Shown here piece by piece: positions 14,181 through 26,980 of a DNA stretch of 64,000 nucleotides. The translations under genes and the position numbers were made by a program. The notes under the pieces were generated by a model. That model was not told the origin of the DNA, ran no database searches, and saw nothing but the letters and a program-made list of their open reading frames with translations. Positions within the stretch are counted from its first letter, which is position 1. Each line of letters starts with the position of its first letter. This DNA is from the human T2T-CHM13v2.0 reference genome, Homo sapiens: the NCBI RefSeq assembly GCF_009914755.1, contig NC_060933.1. The stretch is one strand, 5' to 3'.

Positions 14181-15399
14181 GAATTGAAGTAGAGAGTGAT
14201 AGGTGGTAAATAAACAATCCAAGTTTTTAATAGCACTCCAAAGTATTTTATAGTTTTTACATTGAAAGAAGAAAAATATTTATGTTAATAGCAGAAACTA
14301 AAATATTCTCTGGCAACCACTCTAATAGTTAAACAAGGTTTAGCAGGCTCTGGTTTATTTGCTATAATATTATAATCTATTTTCAGGCCTGGACTTTTGA
14401 ATTATATCTGGTCTACAGAAATGGATACTTGAAGGAAATGTGCACGTAATAGCTTATTGTAATTGGTTCTTTTTCACAGATAGAAGTTAGTTGGTTCTCC
14501 TTCTTTCTAAGCTTTTTCTCTCATCCTGCCTTTCAAGCATTGAGAATTGCCTTTTTGAAAAGAAAAGTATTTTGTGGCATCTTCCTTCATTTTCTCTTCT
14601 CTTTGGAATATTAAGTTTTAAAAAATGGGTTTTTGCTACACAATATTGAGCAAAATCATTTCTGCTATGTTTCAAGGCTGTATGAAATCTCCAATCGCTC
14701 ACCAAAATGAGAGGCCCCTGTCTGTGACCCTCTGATTAAGCATCCTTTCTATCATTTGGGAAAACTTCGTTCTTCTTGTCCTTTAAAGTAACGCCTTTGG
14801 AACTTGAAGTCACAAATAGGAATTCTATTAAAAATACATTGTACAAATAATTTATCTATCATAAAATAGCATCAAATTTAAAATATACTTTAAAAGGAAG
14901 ATGATAGTGTAGTTTGTGAAATTCACCAAATGTTCCCATTAAGAGAGACAGAGGAACTAGGATGGTAAAACAAAAACTCACTGACTCCATCTAAACAAAA
15001 CTAGGTGATAAAGTATCCCCATGAGCCCCTAAATATGAGCATGTAGGGGAAAAAAGCATCCAAAGACCTTTATAGTGTTAGCATTTGTGTGGGAGGAAGC
15101 CCATAAAGTCATATGAAATGCTAACAAACCCCAGCGTAGAAGAGCCCCAATATCTCTGGCCAGTATACCTAGCCATTTAAGACCAGCAGTTGAAAATTAG
15201 AGGTCTTTTTTGGTACATTTCACAGTATATGTAAGATCAAAACAACAACAACAACAACAAAAACCCTGTAAGTATTGAACTGGAATTGGAAAAATAAGCA
15301 TATATTAATGATGCATTTTATCTTAGAATAACCTATAGCCAAGATCTGCTTCCTGCAAAGGCCTAAAAATACTGAACAACTCAGTAGCAATAAACAGCC

Positions 15400-16840
15400 T
15401 CAAATTTTTTACTTCAAAAAACATTTTTCACTAAAAGGAAGTAATTTACATAAGACAAATGTCTGATTCCAGGTTCTGGAGCAGAAAATGTACAAAATAA
15501 ACCCAGAGCATGTTGTCATAATGATAACAAGGAAGTGATCAAAGACTACTGTGTCAAAAGGACTTGGCAACCAATCAGAGGAAGCTTCCACTGAAAAAAA
15601 TGGGGCAATTTGAGCATCAATAAAGACAATAACTGCAATTAAATGAAACAAATATGTTTCAATCAGTGAATTCATAGTGAGATACTACTAAAAAGAAAGA
15701 AGGAAGGTGGGAAGGATGGTAGGAAGAAAAGGAGGAAGGAGAGAGAGAAAGAAAAAAGAAATGAAAAGAGAAAGAAAGTAAGAAAAAAAAGAAAGAAAAG
15801 AAAGAAAGGGAGGGAGGGAGAAACGAAGGAAGGAAGGAAGAGAAAGAAAGGAAGAAAGAAAGAAAATATAACCTGCTACATACAACTGCTGTATACAACT
15901 GAAAATACAACTGCTAGTGAATCTACTTATTATTTGACAACTGGTAAATAAAGGGGAAAAAATTCAAGCATATTTTCTGTCTTTCCTAAATGAACTGTTC
16001 CACTGGGTAAACAAATAGATAAGAGCAAACTTCTTTTTATAGAAGTATTCCAGCTAACAGATGAAGAAGTTATAAAAAATTAGAGTATCTTCATTTCAAA
16101 AACCCAGATTAATTAATGGATCTAGGTATTAATCATCTCCAGCTGCTAAAATCATGCAATAATATCCAACAACTTTCTTGAGGAAGTACTCAACACTACC
16201 TGTGAAGTAGTCTTGCCAGAAAAATCAAACCTCACCCTGATTAAGCCTCTAGATCTAGTGACCAGTTCACAGGAAACTCAGAGGACAGAAGAACATGCTA
16301 AATGATGCCACGAACATGCAATCAGCAAAATATAGAATATAAGAAACTACAGAACAGGCAAACAAATTTACTTAATAGATTCATTACAAGAGGGCAGAAA
16401 AGAGACAGAGGGGTTATCAAGTTATTGAAAGAGACTTAGGAAGAAATATAACACCATAGAAATAAGTGGATGTTAATTCAAATTAACTTAAAATTATATT
16501 TTTGAAGGGAGTGGAAATTGGAACACTGTATATTTAATGGAACTACAATTTTTAAAAAAATTTACTGTGATCATAATGGTATTGTGATCATGTGTGTATG
16601 TGCATATCTAACAAAGTCATTATGTTTTGAAGATACATATGGAACTATGAGAGATGAAATAGCAACTGAGATTTGCTTTAAATAATATGGAAGAGAAAAC
16701 TGAAGGGTGGTAGAAAGATGAAAAAAGATTGGTTGTAATTTGAAAGAATTATTAATTCAGGGTAGTGATACATGGGAGTTTATTATTGTATTTGTCTATT
16801 TATGTTTATGTTTGAAGTTTCCCATAATAAAAGAGTTAAA
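15400..16840 (+). mobile_element. Old LINE-1 (L1MC/L1ME-like) 3' region
   Basis: Recalled L1MC-like 3'UTR phrases ending tttgaagttttcccataataaaa; boundaries approximate. Confidence 0.55.
15690..15867. repeat. Purine-rich (GAAA/GGAA)n low-complexity tract
   Basis: Directly visible; nearly all purines on the plus strand. Confidence 0.95.
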
Positions 16841-17246
16841 ATACAATATAATAGAAAATATACTAAAGATGGAATATGAATGATAAGTTCATAAATATCA
16901 GGGTATTTATCAATGCTGTGATGAAACTGTTTATGTACATTGCTATTGAAAATACTCAGTAGCTAAAGTCATTAAAGTGAGCAGTTGAAACATTCAACCA
17001 CGAATCAAATACCCATTTCCTTCTTCAAACACTGCTGGAAATGGTTTCGTGTCTGGAAAACTGAGTCTGTTATCTCCGCCAGAATATTTGTATAAACACA
17101 AACAAACTACCTACTGCTCTTTGCTGTGCAAACAATTGGAGGGCTTACTAATGCAATAAACCAAGCTCTAGTTAAATAAACAGTCATATTTTCACTCCAT
17201 CCCACTAGAAAACTGGAGGAAAAATAAAAATAGAGTTAACAATCAG

Positions 17247-17612
17247 TGATATGGTTTGGCTGTATCCCCACCCAAATCTCATCTTGAATTGTAGCTCCCC
17301 AAATTCCCTCATGTTGTGGGAGGGACCCAGTGGGAGATAATTGAATCATGGGGGCAGTTTTTCCCATACTGTTCTCTTGGTAGTGAATAAGTCTCAGTAG
17401 ATTACATGGTTTTATAAGGGGAAACCTCTTTTGCTTGGCTGTCATTCTCTTCTCTTGTGGGCCGCCATGTGAGACATGCCTTTTACCTTTCACCATGATT
17501 TCGAAGCCTCCCCAGCCACGTGAAACTGTGAGTCCATTAAACCTTTTTTGTTTTGTTAGTTTGTTGAGTCTCAGATATGTCTTTATCCGTGGTGTGAAAA
17601 CACACTAATAAA
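17247..17612 (+). mobile_element. THE1 (THE1B/C-like) solo LTR
   Basis: Starts tgatatggtttggctgt...cccacccaaatctcatcttgaattgtagctccc, ends cactaata(a)a; TSD ATCAG/ATCAA. Confidence 0.92.
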
Positions 17613-17898
17613 ATCAATAAACTGCACATTTCATAAAAGTAAGGATTGTAACAATTTTATTCATTGCCATATTCACAATTCTTATAACAATGCCTGGTAC
17701 ATAATAGATACCCTAAAAGCTGTGAATGAGTGAAAGGATGGACAGGTGGATACATAGATGGATGGATGGATGAATGAATTTCATATAAGTGAATTTCATG
17801 TAAATGTAAGTAAATCCCAATACAGTCAGACTATGAATATTTATATCTAAGTTTCAATTATTTTTAGGCTACAGTTGCATTTCTGTACTGGATAAAAT

Positions 17899-18440
17899 AG
17901 TGCTTCTCAAAGTTTAGCATACATAAGAATCACCTGGAAGCCCGTTAATAGATTTCCAAACCCCACTGCAAATTCTTGAATTTGCCTTTCAAACAAGCTC
18001 CCAGGTGATGCTAATGCTGCTGATTTGTGGAACATACTTTGAGTAGCATTAATTAAGCCAGATTTTCTCACCATCTTCATCAGAATTATTGGGAAACTTT
18101 TAAAATATTCAAATTCCTAGGACTCCCCTGACACCTACTGAATCATAATTTCTGAGAGTGAGTCTGAGAAAAGTGAATTTTAAGGAGTCATTCCTACATA
18201 CACTCAAGTTTCACAGTGGCCTAGATGATGCTGCCCACTAGAACTCTCTGCAGTGATGAATGTGTTCTACATGTGCACTGTCTAGCACAGTAGCAATTAG
18301 CCACATGTGGCTATGGAGAATTGAAATGTGGCCACCGTGACTGAGGAACTGAATTTTTAATTTTAGTTTAATTTAATTAATTTAAACCTGCACTTAAATT
18401 GACACTTGGAACTAGTGGCTGCCTTATGAGATAGACAAGG
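17899..18440. mobile_element. Cluster of hAT-Charlie MITEs: MER5A-like, MER5-like, MER3-like
   Basis: tagtgcttctcaaa...gaatcacctgg...ctcccaggtgat (MER5); tagccacatgtggcta...tgactgaggaactgaatttttaa (MER3). Confidence 0.7.
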
Positions 18441-19125
18441 TCTAGATTTCAAACTTTCCTTCTTGAATCTAGAGGTAACTTTAGTGGTGACAGAAGGGGG
18501 GACCCACAGTATAGGGTTCCTAGGATCCTACTGTTTCAACCAGAGCAACTCCTCCTTAGTCACCTTGGGATGTCATTTGATATTCTGGCTTCTTTACCAA
18601 TTGGAGTCCATGCCCATACTGGACATCCCTAAAGCGCCTATGAAAGAGGAATCAAAGTGTTCTGACACATTTTCAAATGAATTGCACATAGTTAACTTGA
18701 TGAAGTCATTATTTATCTGCCAAACAATTAGGTTTTGAGTCAATTTTAATGCTGGCTTCTCAAGAGATTCCCAATGCAGTCACCAACTTACTATTTCATT
18801 ATCCTCATAATGACTTTGTGAGTAGAAAAAAGGAATCAAGCTATTATCCCCATTTCACATGCAGAAAAACTGACTCTTAAAGAAAATGATGGGCTTGCTG
18901 AAGCCTCCCTCAGCAACTCTCTGACGAGTTGTTATTTTTCCAAGTACTTCTCATTCTCTTTGAATAAGTAATTAAGGTCTTTACATTCAAGGACACTTCA
19001 GCAGTACTTTAGAAAGCAATTTGCTTTCTGGGGCAACTACCTATCCATGAGGATGGAACTTAGGCCTTTGATGAAGTGGAACAAACCCAAATTGGACTCA
19101 GACATCTTAGAATTAAAGGGCAGGT

Positions 19126-19606
19126 TATATTATACTATAGTATAAGTATATTATACTACAACTATAGTATAAGTATATTATACTACAACTATAGTATATT
19201 ATACTACAACTATAGTATATTATACTATACTTATAGTGTAAGTATATTATACTATAACTATAGTGCAAGTATATTATACTATACTTATAATGTAAGTATA
19301 TTATACTATAACTATAGTGTAAGTATATTATACTATAACTATAGTGTAAGTATATTATACTATAACTATAGTGTAAGTATATTATACTATAACTATACTG
19401 TAAGTATATTATACCGTAAGTATAGTGTAAGTATATTATACTATAACTATAGTGTAAGTATATTATAACATAAGTATAGTGTAAGTATATTATACCGTAA
19501 GTATAGTGTAAGTATATTATACTATATTTATAGTATGGTATATTATACTATAATATATTTATAGTTTAGTATATTGTACTATATTATACTATGTATTATA
19601 CTATAG
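19126..19606. repeat. AT-rich 27-bp minisatellite (unit about AGTATATTATACTATAACTATAGTGTA) built from palindromes
   Basis: Directly visible tandem units with degenerate ends; gives the spurious YYNYSVSIL-repeat ORF. Confidence 0.97.
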
Positions 19607-21439
19607 GCTGCAAAATAAATTAAAAAGGAAAGATGTCCACATAGGCGTAGCAACACACATTAATTACATTTTTCTTTCTAAAAGTCACAATAGGGATAGA
19701 AGGAATATTTCGGGTGGAGTAAGAGACAGGAGATTGCTGATGGAATAATAAGAATCCTTCTCCAAATGACAAATTTCAGGTCATCCCCAGGTGATTTAGT
19801 TTTATAGCAGGATTCACTCCTGAGGCACATCCTCAACTAGATAGATTGAGACAAGACCATAGGCCATCATGAAGTCAAAGGCATAAAACTGTAATTAGCT
19901 ACAAGTAGCCCAAGGAGACTTGAGAATGCTGTCAAAGTCCAAAATTTGCAAAGCCAGCTGTAGCTTCACTTTGCTTTACACAATGTAATTTGAGTTACCT
20001 ACAAAGCCTAAAGGAAAGGAAAGCAAACATCTCAGAGATGAGTTCGCCCCGCTTGGAGGAAAGAAAACCCACTCTGGCCCCTTGCTTTCTTTAAACCAGA
20101 GTTTCCTCTCAATAAGAAGTAGGTGGGGAGATTCTGGTGGTTGTTAGTGGGTGGAGAAGGGAGAAGTTAAAGGGAAATTGGGATAGCATCCCCTGTGTTT
20201 AAAATAGAGAACACCTCCAAGAAGAGAGGACCTGGGTAGACTTTATTCACTTAATAGACTTTAAGTGCCTGAGGACACAGTACAAACTTGTATCACATTA
20301 TCAGACAGGCCCCCTCACGGCATCAGTGTCGGCAGAGACTCATGAATATGTAAATACTATATGTATCTTGGAAACATGCTTGACAAGAGAATAGCTAAAA
20401 TGAACTGATTCTAGTTATAAGCCCATCAGCCTGCCATTCTTTATGTTTGAACAGGCAGGCTATTGCTAGGTGACAGATCATTAAGGCTATCTACTCAGTC
20501 AGTGGAAATGAAGAAATAATTTGTTCCTAATAACCTTCAGATGACCTCCCAGGCAAAAGGGAGTCTTTAAAGTGCTGTCTCTGCTGATACATCTCAGGCG
20601 GGAGGGTGGGGTTCTTCTGGCCCTGCAGTCAGAGCAGGGTGGCTGGTGAAACAGATTAATAAACACCTACTGACAGGGACATAGCAGGAAAAGATCTCAT
20701 CACCTGCCATTATCAGGCTGATGAATAATTCAGAGCTCTCCATCAGAGCCGAGAATTTCAGGCTACGCTGTGCTCTACACTTGCAGGGAGGGGGAAGCAT
20801 GAAGGTGCTCATTGCTGGGATTAAATGGGGGCCCAGGAAATTCACTTCTGCTCCAGACTGTGTGGGCATCACAACGGGTGGGGGAAGCAGGCATGAAAGA
20901 AGATTTGCCTCTTTGGAAGGTGGCCAGGCAGGTTCAGGGGCCAAGAGCCAGCAGGAACCTCCTCAAAGATTCCTGACTGTTATGAAATTTTGGTGGCCAG
21001 TGCAGACCCCCTGGCACTTATGTGTCCACCACTGTAGTCAGAAAAAGAGGCCGCAGCTCTTGTTTCCTTGCCTGCTGGTGGGTTCCAGAAGAGCAAGTAG
21101 GTCAGTCTCCTGGATATGCTCCTCACTCGTTGAGCACTTCATCATACCCCCATTTCTGCTCTCTCCCTGTGTATGAGAAAATATTTGCACTGTGATCCTC
21201 GTGTAACAGATTTAGGGTCAGCTGGCTTCTATGGGGAATCTCAAGACAGTGTCTAACTACCAGCTGTGTGATTCTGACCACATTCTAGTCTTTCTGGGAC
21301 TCAGTTGCCTGGTCTATAAAATGGGCTGAATCATATCTGACTCAGACAATTATTGTAAGGATTAAAAAGAAGTACACATAGAAAGGCCTAGCAGAGTACC
21401 TGGAACCAAGCACATCCCACTTCATGCCGGAGACAAATG

Positions 21440-21910
21440 TCTCCCCCTAATAATTGTTTTTTTACTTGGAACAAGGCAGGAACCAGACTAGACATGCAAA
21501 TTTGGTAATTCAAGGACTTAAATAAAAGAGGAGTTTCTATAGGTGATAGCATGACTTAGCAAACCAGCAAGGGATAGGAACATGCCCTAGGACTAATAAC
21601 CGCAGGGATCACTTAGCCCTGTTAGGCCTCAAGGGGCAGAAGGACAAGGAAAATTTGCTGCTTGACAGAAGCCTTTCATAAAAGGTCACAGCCAACCATG
21701 GTGACCTGGCAGGGAGGGAGCACAGGACAAATACCCCACTGTACTTTCCTCCTGCCCCAATCTTCTGCCTGGGCTTCCTTTTGGCTGAACTCAACTGGTC
21801 CCCAGGCAAGAGGCCTGTTGATGGGTTGATAAGCCTCCTGGGCACAGAGCAAGGTAACAAAGGGTGGGAATTGAATCTGGAGGGATAAGAGGAAGAGCTG
21901 CAATTTACTA
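21440..21910. mobile_element. Probable old ERVL/MaLR-class LTR remnant
   Basis: LTR-like phrasing (gggcacagagcaagg...gaatctggaggg); family and orientation not resolved. Confidence 0.35.
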
Positions 21911-23299
21911 TCTGAGCGATGCGACTATTGGCACTTCTCCATCTGTTGTAACTTTTAATGTGTGTTGGATGAATTAAAAACATAGCAAGAGAAAGGACAG
22001 GGTCCATGCACTTTAGTAGCCTTTAAACTAGTTGAGGGTAGAGGGGGAAGGAGAATAGGAGAGAGAAAGAGACAGAGGAAGGGAAGAAAGAATGGAAGAA
22101 TTTGAATAGTTGTAATAAAAAAGTACTGATTTTAGAGACAAAAAATTTTAGATCATCACTTAAATCATTGCTTATCTTTTATTTACTAAGACACTTCTCC
22201 ACCTTTCTGGTTCCATCGTGTATAAAATGGAAACTTTGGAGGACCTGATATCACAGGTCTTTCCTAGCTTGGAATTCATGACTTCAAGTGTGGTCATAGG
22301 GTAGTTCCACCAATACTTTTCCTTCCTCAGCACCTGAGGCAAGCATGGCCTGAAAGACAAAGATTGTCATTCCTCAGAACTCAGAGTTACACTTCTCTTC
22401 CTAAATTTGAAATTGATTGAGAGCTCAGCATGCCTTTGGTGAACTGTGTACGTCATGCAAAGACTAACAATCTCATGTATTCAAGCAAGGTTGAGCTTTG
22501 CTGGGCTGGAGCTTATTTGTATTGGTCAAGTGTGGGAGAAAAAAATGTGATACCCCATTCCTAAGAGATAAGCTGAGAAAAGCCTCTGGCCAAAAGCTAG
22601 AAAAACTGTGGATCTAGTTGAGAGTCAATCATCTCTTATGAAGCACCATTTTAAAGAGTATTGTTAAGTGGCTTAGAGATAAAGTGCCTTTTCAGAAACA
22701 TTTGGTTTCAAGAGAGAAAGTGAAAATTGGGAGGCATTAGGTAATTGGAGGGCTGAAAGGAGGCAAAAAATGAAAGCAGAGCAGGTAGAGAAATGAGCAG
22801 AACTGGAAAGGAGGAGGCAGAGCTGTGTTAGAGATAGACCACGCACAGCAGGAGAGGACCCTAAATAGGATGCAACAGAAAGTCTGAGTCATCCACATTT
22901 TCATCCATTTGGATCATTCTCATTCCTAATTTTGAGTACAATCAGTCCTACTTTTGTATTGCACCCTAACCTATGAGGAATATAGCATGCTAGAGAAAGA
23001 CTAGCAACAGCTTTCAGCTAGCCTTAAAGAATGGGCTATTTAGTTATTTGATTCAGGAACAGCATGCAATTCATTCACTCATTACTTTATATTTTCAAGA
23101 TATATTTATTGAGTCCCTATTAGGATCCTTAAAATCTTCTGGAAATATATTCGTGACCTACATAGATACCATGGTCAAGGGAAGTCTCTGAGTATTAAAT
23201 GATAAAGAAGAGCCAGCCATAAGAGGATCAGCAGAAGGAGCATCCCAGGCAAAAGGAGAAACACATGCAAAGCCCTGGAAGCCTGGCCAAGCTTTGCCT

Positions 23300-23894
23300 G
23301 TCATGGTCACTAATTATACTGATGAGCGTGTATTTGAAAAAAGTTACTGCCACAGGGTAGAGCCCAGAGGCAAGATTTACTAAAAACAAACAAACAAACA
23401 AACAACAACAACAACAAAAAACAGTTACCTTCAGATAATAAGCAACATGGAGAAGGTTGCATAGCCCAAACAGAAATAGCACCTCACCTGCACACATAGC
23501 CCTTCTTTTCTTTTCTACATGGATTATTTCTGTATGTGGATTGGAACTTGGAGAGAACACCAGAATGTTTTCTGGGCCTTTGACATTTTTTCTCAAGAGT
23601 TTGTTTCCAATACTTTCAAAAACATTGTCTCTCTTCTGAATACAGAAAAGAGGAAGGCATGCTTCTTTAGGGACGTTTCTGGGTACGGATGAGTGTGTGT
23701 ATTTCTGGAGAAGTTCCACTGATCATTTCCATTTCTGTTTGGGCTATCCAACCTTCTCCATGTTGCTTATTATCTAAAGGTACCTTACCTGTTTGTTTGT
23801 TTGTTTGTTTATAGTAAATCTTGCCTCTGGGCTCTATCACGTAGCAGTAACTTTTTACAAATATAGTGTCATCAGTATAATCAGGAGCCATGAC
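23300..23894. repeat. Long inverted repeat: arms 23300-23479 and 23729-23894, spacer about 250 bp
   Basis: The reverse complement of the right arm aligns to the left arm end to end, including agataataagcaacatggagaaggttg, tagagcccagaggcaagatttacta and a shared (CAAA)n tract. Confidence 0.97.
23488..23635 (-). other. Candidate 148-nt exon in the loop of the inverted repeat
   Basis: Minus-strand acceptor ccttcctcttttctgtattcag|AAG and donor GCAG|gtgagg; no transcript evidence available. Confidence 0.4.
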
Positions 23895-24179
23895 TCCTTT
23901 AAACAAGACAGTTATTTGAGGTAAATAATTATACTTGAATGTGATGAAGAAGTTTAGCCAAAGAAAGCAAGGAGGGAAAAGAATAAAGGTGAAGATGAAT
24001 TTATAAAGAACGTCACAAGGGAAAGCAGTGTTTTGTTTTGTTTTTCCTTCTTTCCTTCCCTAGTGACAAAGCTATGTCATTTGAGAGAAAGATGAAGAGC
24101 CTATTACACCAATGGCGTTCAGATGTCTGTTATGAAGGAAAGTGATCCCAGGCAGAGTCAGGGAAAGTAGATCCCAAAT

Positions 24180-24310
24180 GGGGTGACCATTTGTTCTGGT
24201 TTGCTGGGAAAGTCCTAGTTTCCACCTGTTGTCCTGGTGTACTTGCTAACAATGTTCTCCCTTTGCTTTCAAAAGTGTGCTTTTTGGATGATAAATAATA
24301 TGGTCTCTCT
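24180..24310. mobile_element. MER94-like hAT-Blackjack MITE
   Basis: gggtgaccat ... atggtctctc terminal inverted repeats; internal cctgttgtcctggtgta and tttcaaaagtgt. Confidence 0.65.
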
Positions 24311-24569
24311 CACTTAAACCTGCCTCTTCCACTAGGCAGGTACCTGTCTCTGGGTAAATCTGTAAGTCTCTGAAGTCTCTGGACCTCAGTTTCTCAAGAG
24401 TTTGTATGACATTGTGACTAACATGTTCTTTAGCCTAATATTCTATGGTTCCACTAAGGCCAAGAGAAGAAAAGTTAGAGTTTGTGGAAGGGGATGTGGA
24501 ATGTATTTGATTTGAATTAAAGAATATCAGTGATTTCTGAGGGATATATTTGCCTCCTTATTTAGTACA

Positions 24570-25344
24570 ACTGCCTCTGGCTTACCCTGTGATCTTGACC
24601 CCATGTAGGCCTAGACTCATGTGTGTGTTTTTGTCTAAGTTTTTAACAAAATAGTTTAAGAAGTTAAAAAAAACAGTAATAACAAATTTTAAAAATAGAA
24701 AGAAGCTTATACAGTAAGGACATAAAGAAAAACTATATTTTGGTAAAGCTATGCATTTTATTTATGTTTTAAGCTAAGTGTTATTACAAGAGTCAAAAAG
24801 TTAAAATTGAAAAGATTATAAATTTAAAAATTACAGTAAGCTAAGGTAAATTTATTATTGAAGAAGGAAAATATTTTTAATACATTCAGTGTAATCTAAA
24901 TGTACAGTGTATATGAAGTCTACAGTAGTGTACAGTAATGTCCTAAGCCTTCACATTCACTCACCACTCACTCATTGACTCACCCAGAGCAATTTCTAGC
25001 TTGCAAGCTCCATTCATGGCAAGTGCTCTAACAGGTATACCATTTTTTATCTATTACACCATACTTTTACTGTACCTTTTCTATGTTTAGATATGTTTGG
25101 ATACACAAATGCCATTGTGTTACAAGTGTCTACAGTGTTCAGCGCAGTCACATGCTATACAGGTTTATGATCTAGGAGCACCTAGTTAGATTATAGACCT
25201 AGGCCCATAATCTGGGCCATACCATCGAGCCTAGGTGTGTAGTAGGCTATACCACCTAGGCTTATGTAAATACACTCTATGACAGAATCATCTACGGATG
25301 CATTTCCCAGAACATAATGAACATATCATTAAACAACACGACTG
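24570..25344 (-). mobile_element. Tigger3/MER7-like Tc1-mariner DNA transposon fossil
   Basis: cattcactcaccactcactca, tactgtaccttttctatgtttagata, ctaggtgtgtagtaggctatacca; ends acgactg followed by TA. Confidence 0.85.
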
Positions 25345-26489
25345 TACTTCTAAGCGAAATTTCATAGAATTAAGTGTACATGTTGATACATTTCTTCAGT
25401 GCTTCATTAGGCGCTTTGTTAGCCATAGACTTACTAGCTTATCCCTGCCGAAAATGATTTCTTTCTTTCCAAATAAGCAGGTAGAATGACATGGGTGTAA
25501 AATACTCCTAATCCAGTCGTGTCCCTCCTCTTTCTCAGAAAGTTCTTGCTGTATGTACTGTACAACCAGAAGATGACAGTTCAGTAAAGGAAAAGGTGTG
25601 TTTACCTCAGGAGAGAGTGTCTTTATGACACTGATCTGCTCTGATGAATCCACTAATGTGAAATTTCTGACCCAATAGGCAGTGATTGCACAGCTCTGAG
25701 ACTCTTCTCATTATTCATGAAATATGTGCTGCATGGCGTCAGTGCTCTCCCTGCAGACTTGCTGCCAAGCAATTACTCATTTCCATCACTTAGCTTTTTT
25801 ATTATTATTATTTTTCAGTGGGTGTCTATATATTCAGCACACTTCAAGAAGCAAAGCACAGTCCCAGAATGAAAATGATGCTTGTCTTGTTTGATTTTAA
25901 ATAGAAAAGCACTTTCAAGTCCTTAAAAATTGATGTTGTTTTAAACTTACAACAAGCAGTAAGGGAAACCAGTAGCTGCAGAAATAAATGGAAAGCAATC
26001 CGGAGTATTTCCACTGTTATACATATTGGCTACCAAGAGATGCTGGGAGGACTACCTTATAGTTCTTAATATATTTCCCTGACTTCCCCTAGGAACCCTG
26101 AAGAGGAACAATGAACCAGGAATGGCGACAGAGCTCTTATTGTGCTCCTTTGCCAAAGGCAGAGTATCCCTGTGCAGTGCAATGGTCCATGCTTGAAAAA
26201 GGGACAGGCTCCAGGAACTGTGTCCGTTTCATATCAAAATGTTTGCATGTTAAGTTCTTGCAGAGACAAAATCTAATGTGAAAGAGTGGCCGTCTTTTGC
26301 TGCTATGTGATATAATCTGTGCAGAGCACTTGCCTCCCTGTCGTCATCACCATGGAGGAATATTCCAACCCTAGAAGTTGTCCCAGAAGATTTTTTTTTT
26401 TGGAACCGACAAAACTTTATTAAACATGAGATCCTCAGTTGTAGACTCCAGTCCAGTCCTCCTGGGTGTGGTAAAATCTTCTCATATTC

Positions 26490-26980
26490 AATGGTTAATT
26501 ACAGTGATGGCCCCAGCTCTTCACAGTCCCTGTATCCAGCCTTTCCCACGTGAATGTGTAGTTACTCACTGAAAAGGCAGAGTCTTTCTCTCCATCTCTC
26601 CAATGTGAACTGGTCTTATGACTTGCTTGGCCAATAGAATGTGCAAAGGAGATGGTGGGCAATTTTTAAGCCTACACCTCCAAAGGTCTTGCATGTTGCC
26701 ACTTGACCTATCTTGGACCCTTGCTGTTGCCATGGGAGCATGCCCAGGCCAGCTTGCTAGAAGACAAGAAACATGGATCAGCTCATCTGCCCTAGTTGCC
26801 CCAACCAAGGCCAGAGAGAACAGCTGACCACCAGCTGACCCCCTAAATACACGAGTTAGTCCAGTCTAGGTTAGCAGCGCCACCTAGCCTGCTAGTCACC
26901 CCAGCTGACCCCAGATATGTAAAGCATTTCTATTATAAATAGCAATTATAAGGTTTTATAACTAGAAGCTGTCACATAAA
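26490..26980 (+). mobile_element. MLT1-type MaLR LTR
   Basis: tgacttgcttggccaatagaatgtg, ccatgggagcatgcccagg, ccagctgacc motifs. Confidence 0.7.

Noticed and set aside
19076-19468. 130-aa ORF with YYNYSVSIL repeats; regular repeats that could suggest a CRISPR array
   Set aside because: It is the translation of a 27-bp minisatellite; there are no unique spacers or cas genes, and the DNA is primate
20594-21176. Overlapping 116-aa and 151-aa ORFs in GC-richer unique DNA
   Set aside because: No recognisable domain or coherent exon structure; compatible with chance
23228-23719. 163-aa minus-strand ORF across the inverted repeat
   Set aside because: GTG start, runs through a (GTTT)n/(GTT)n microsatellite and L2-like sequence, no recognisable domain; only the internal exon-like part is kept as a candidate
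26873-26892. CTCF-like core CTAGGTGGCGC (minus strand) in an MLT1 LTR
   Set aside because: Only the 3' core matches; insufficient without ChIP data
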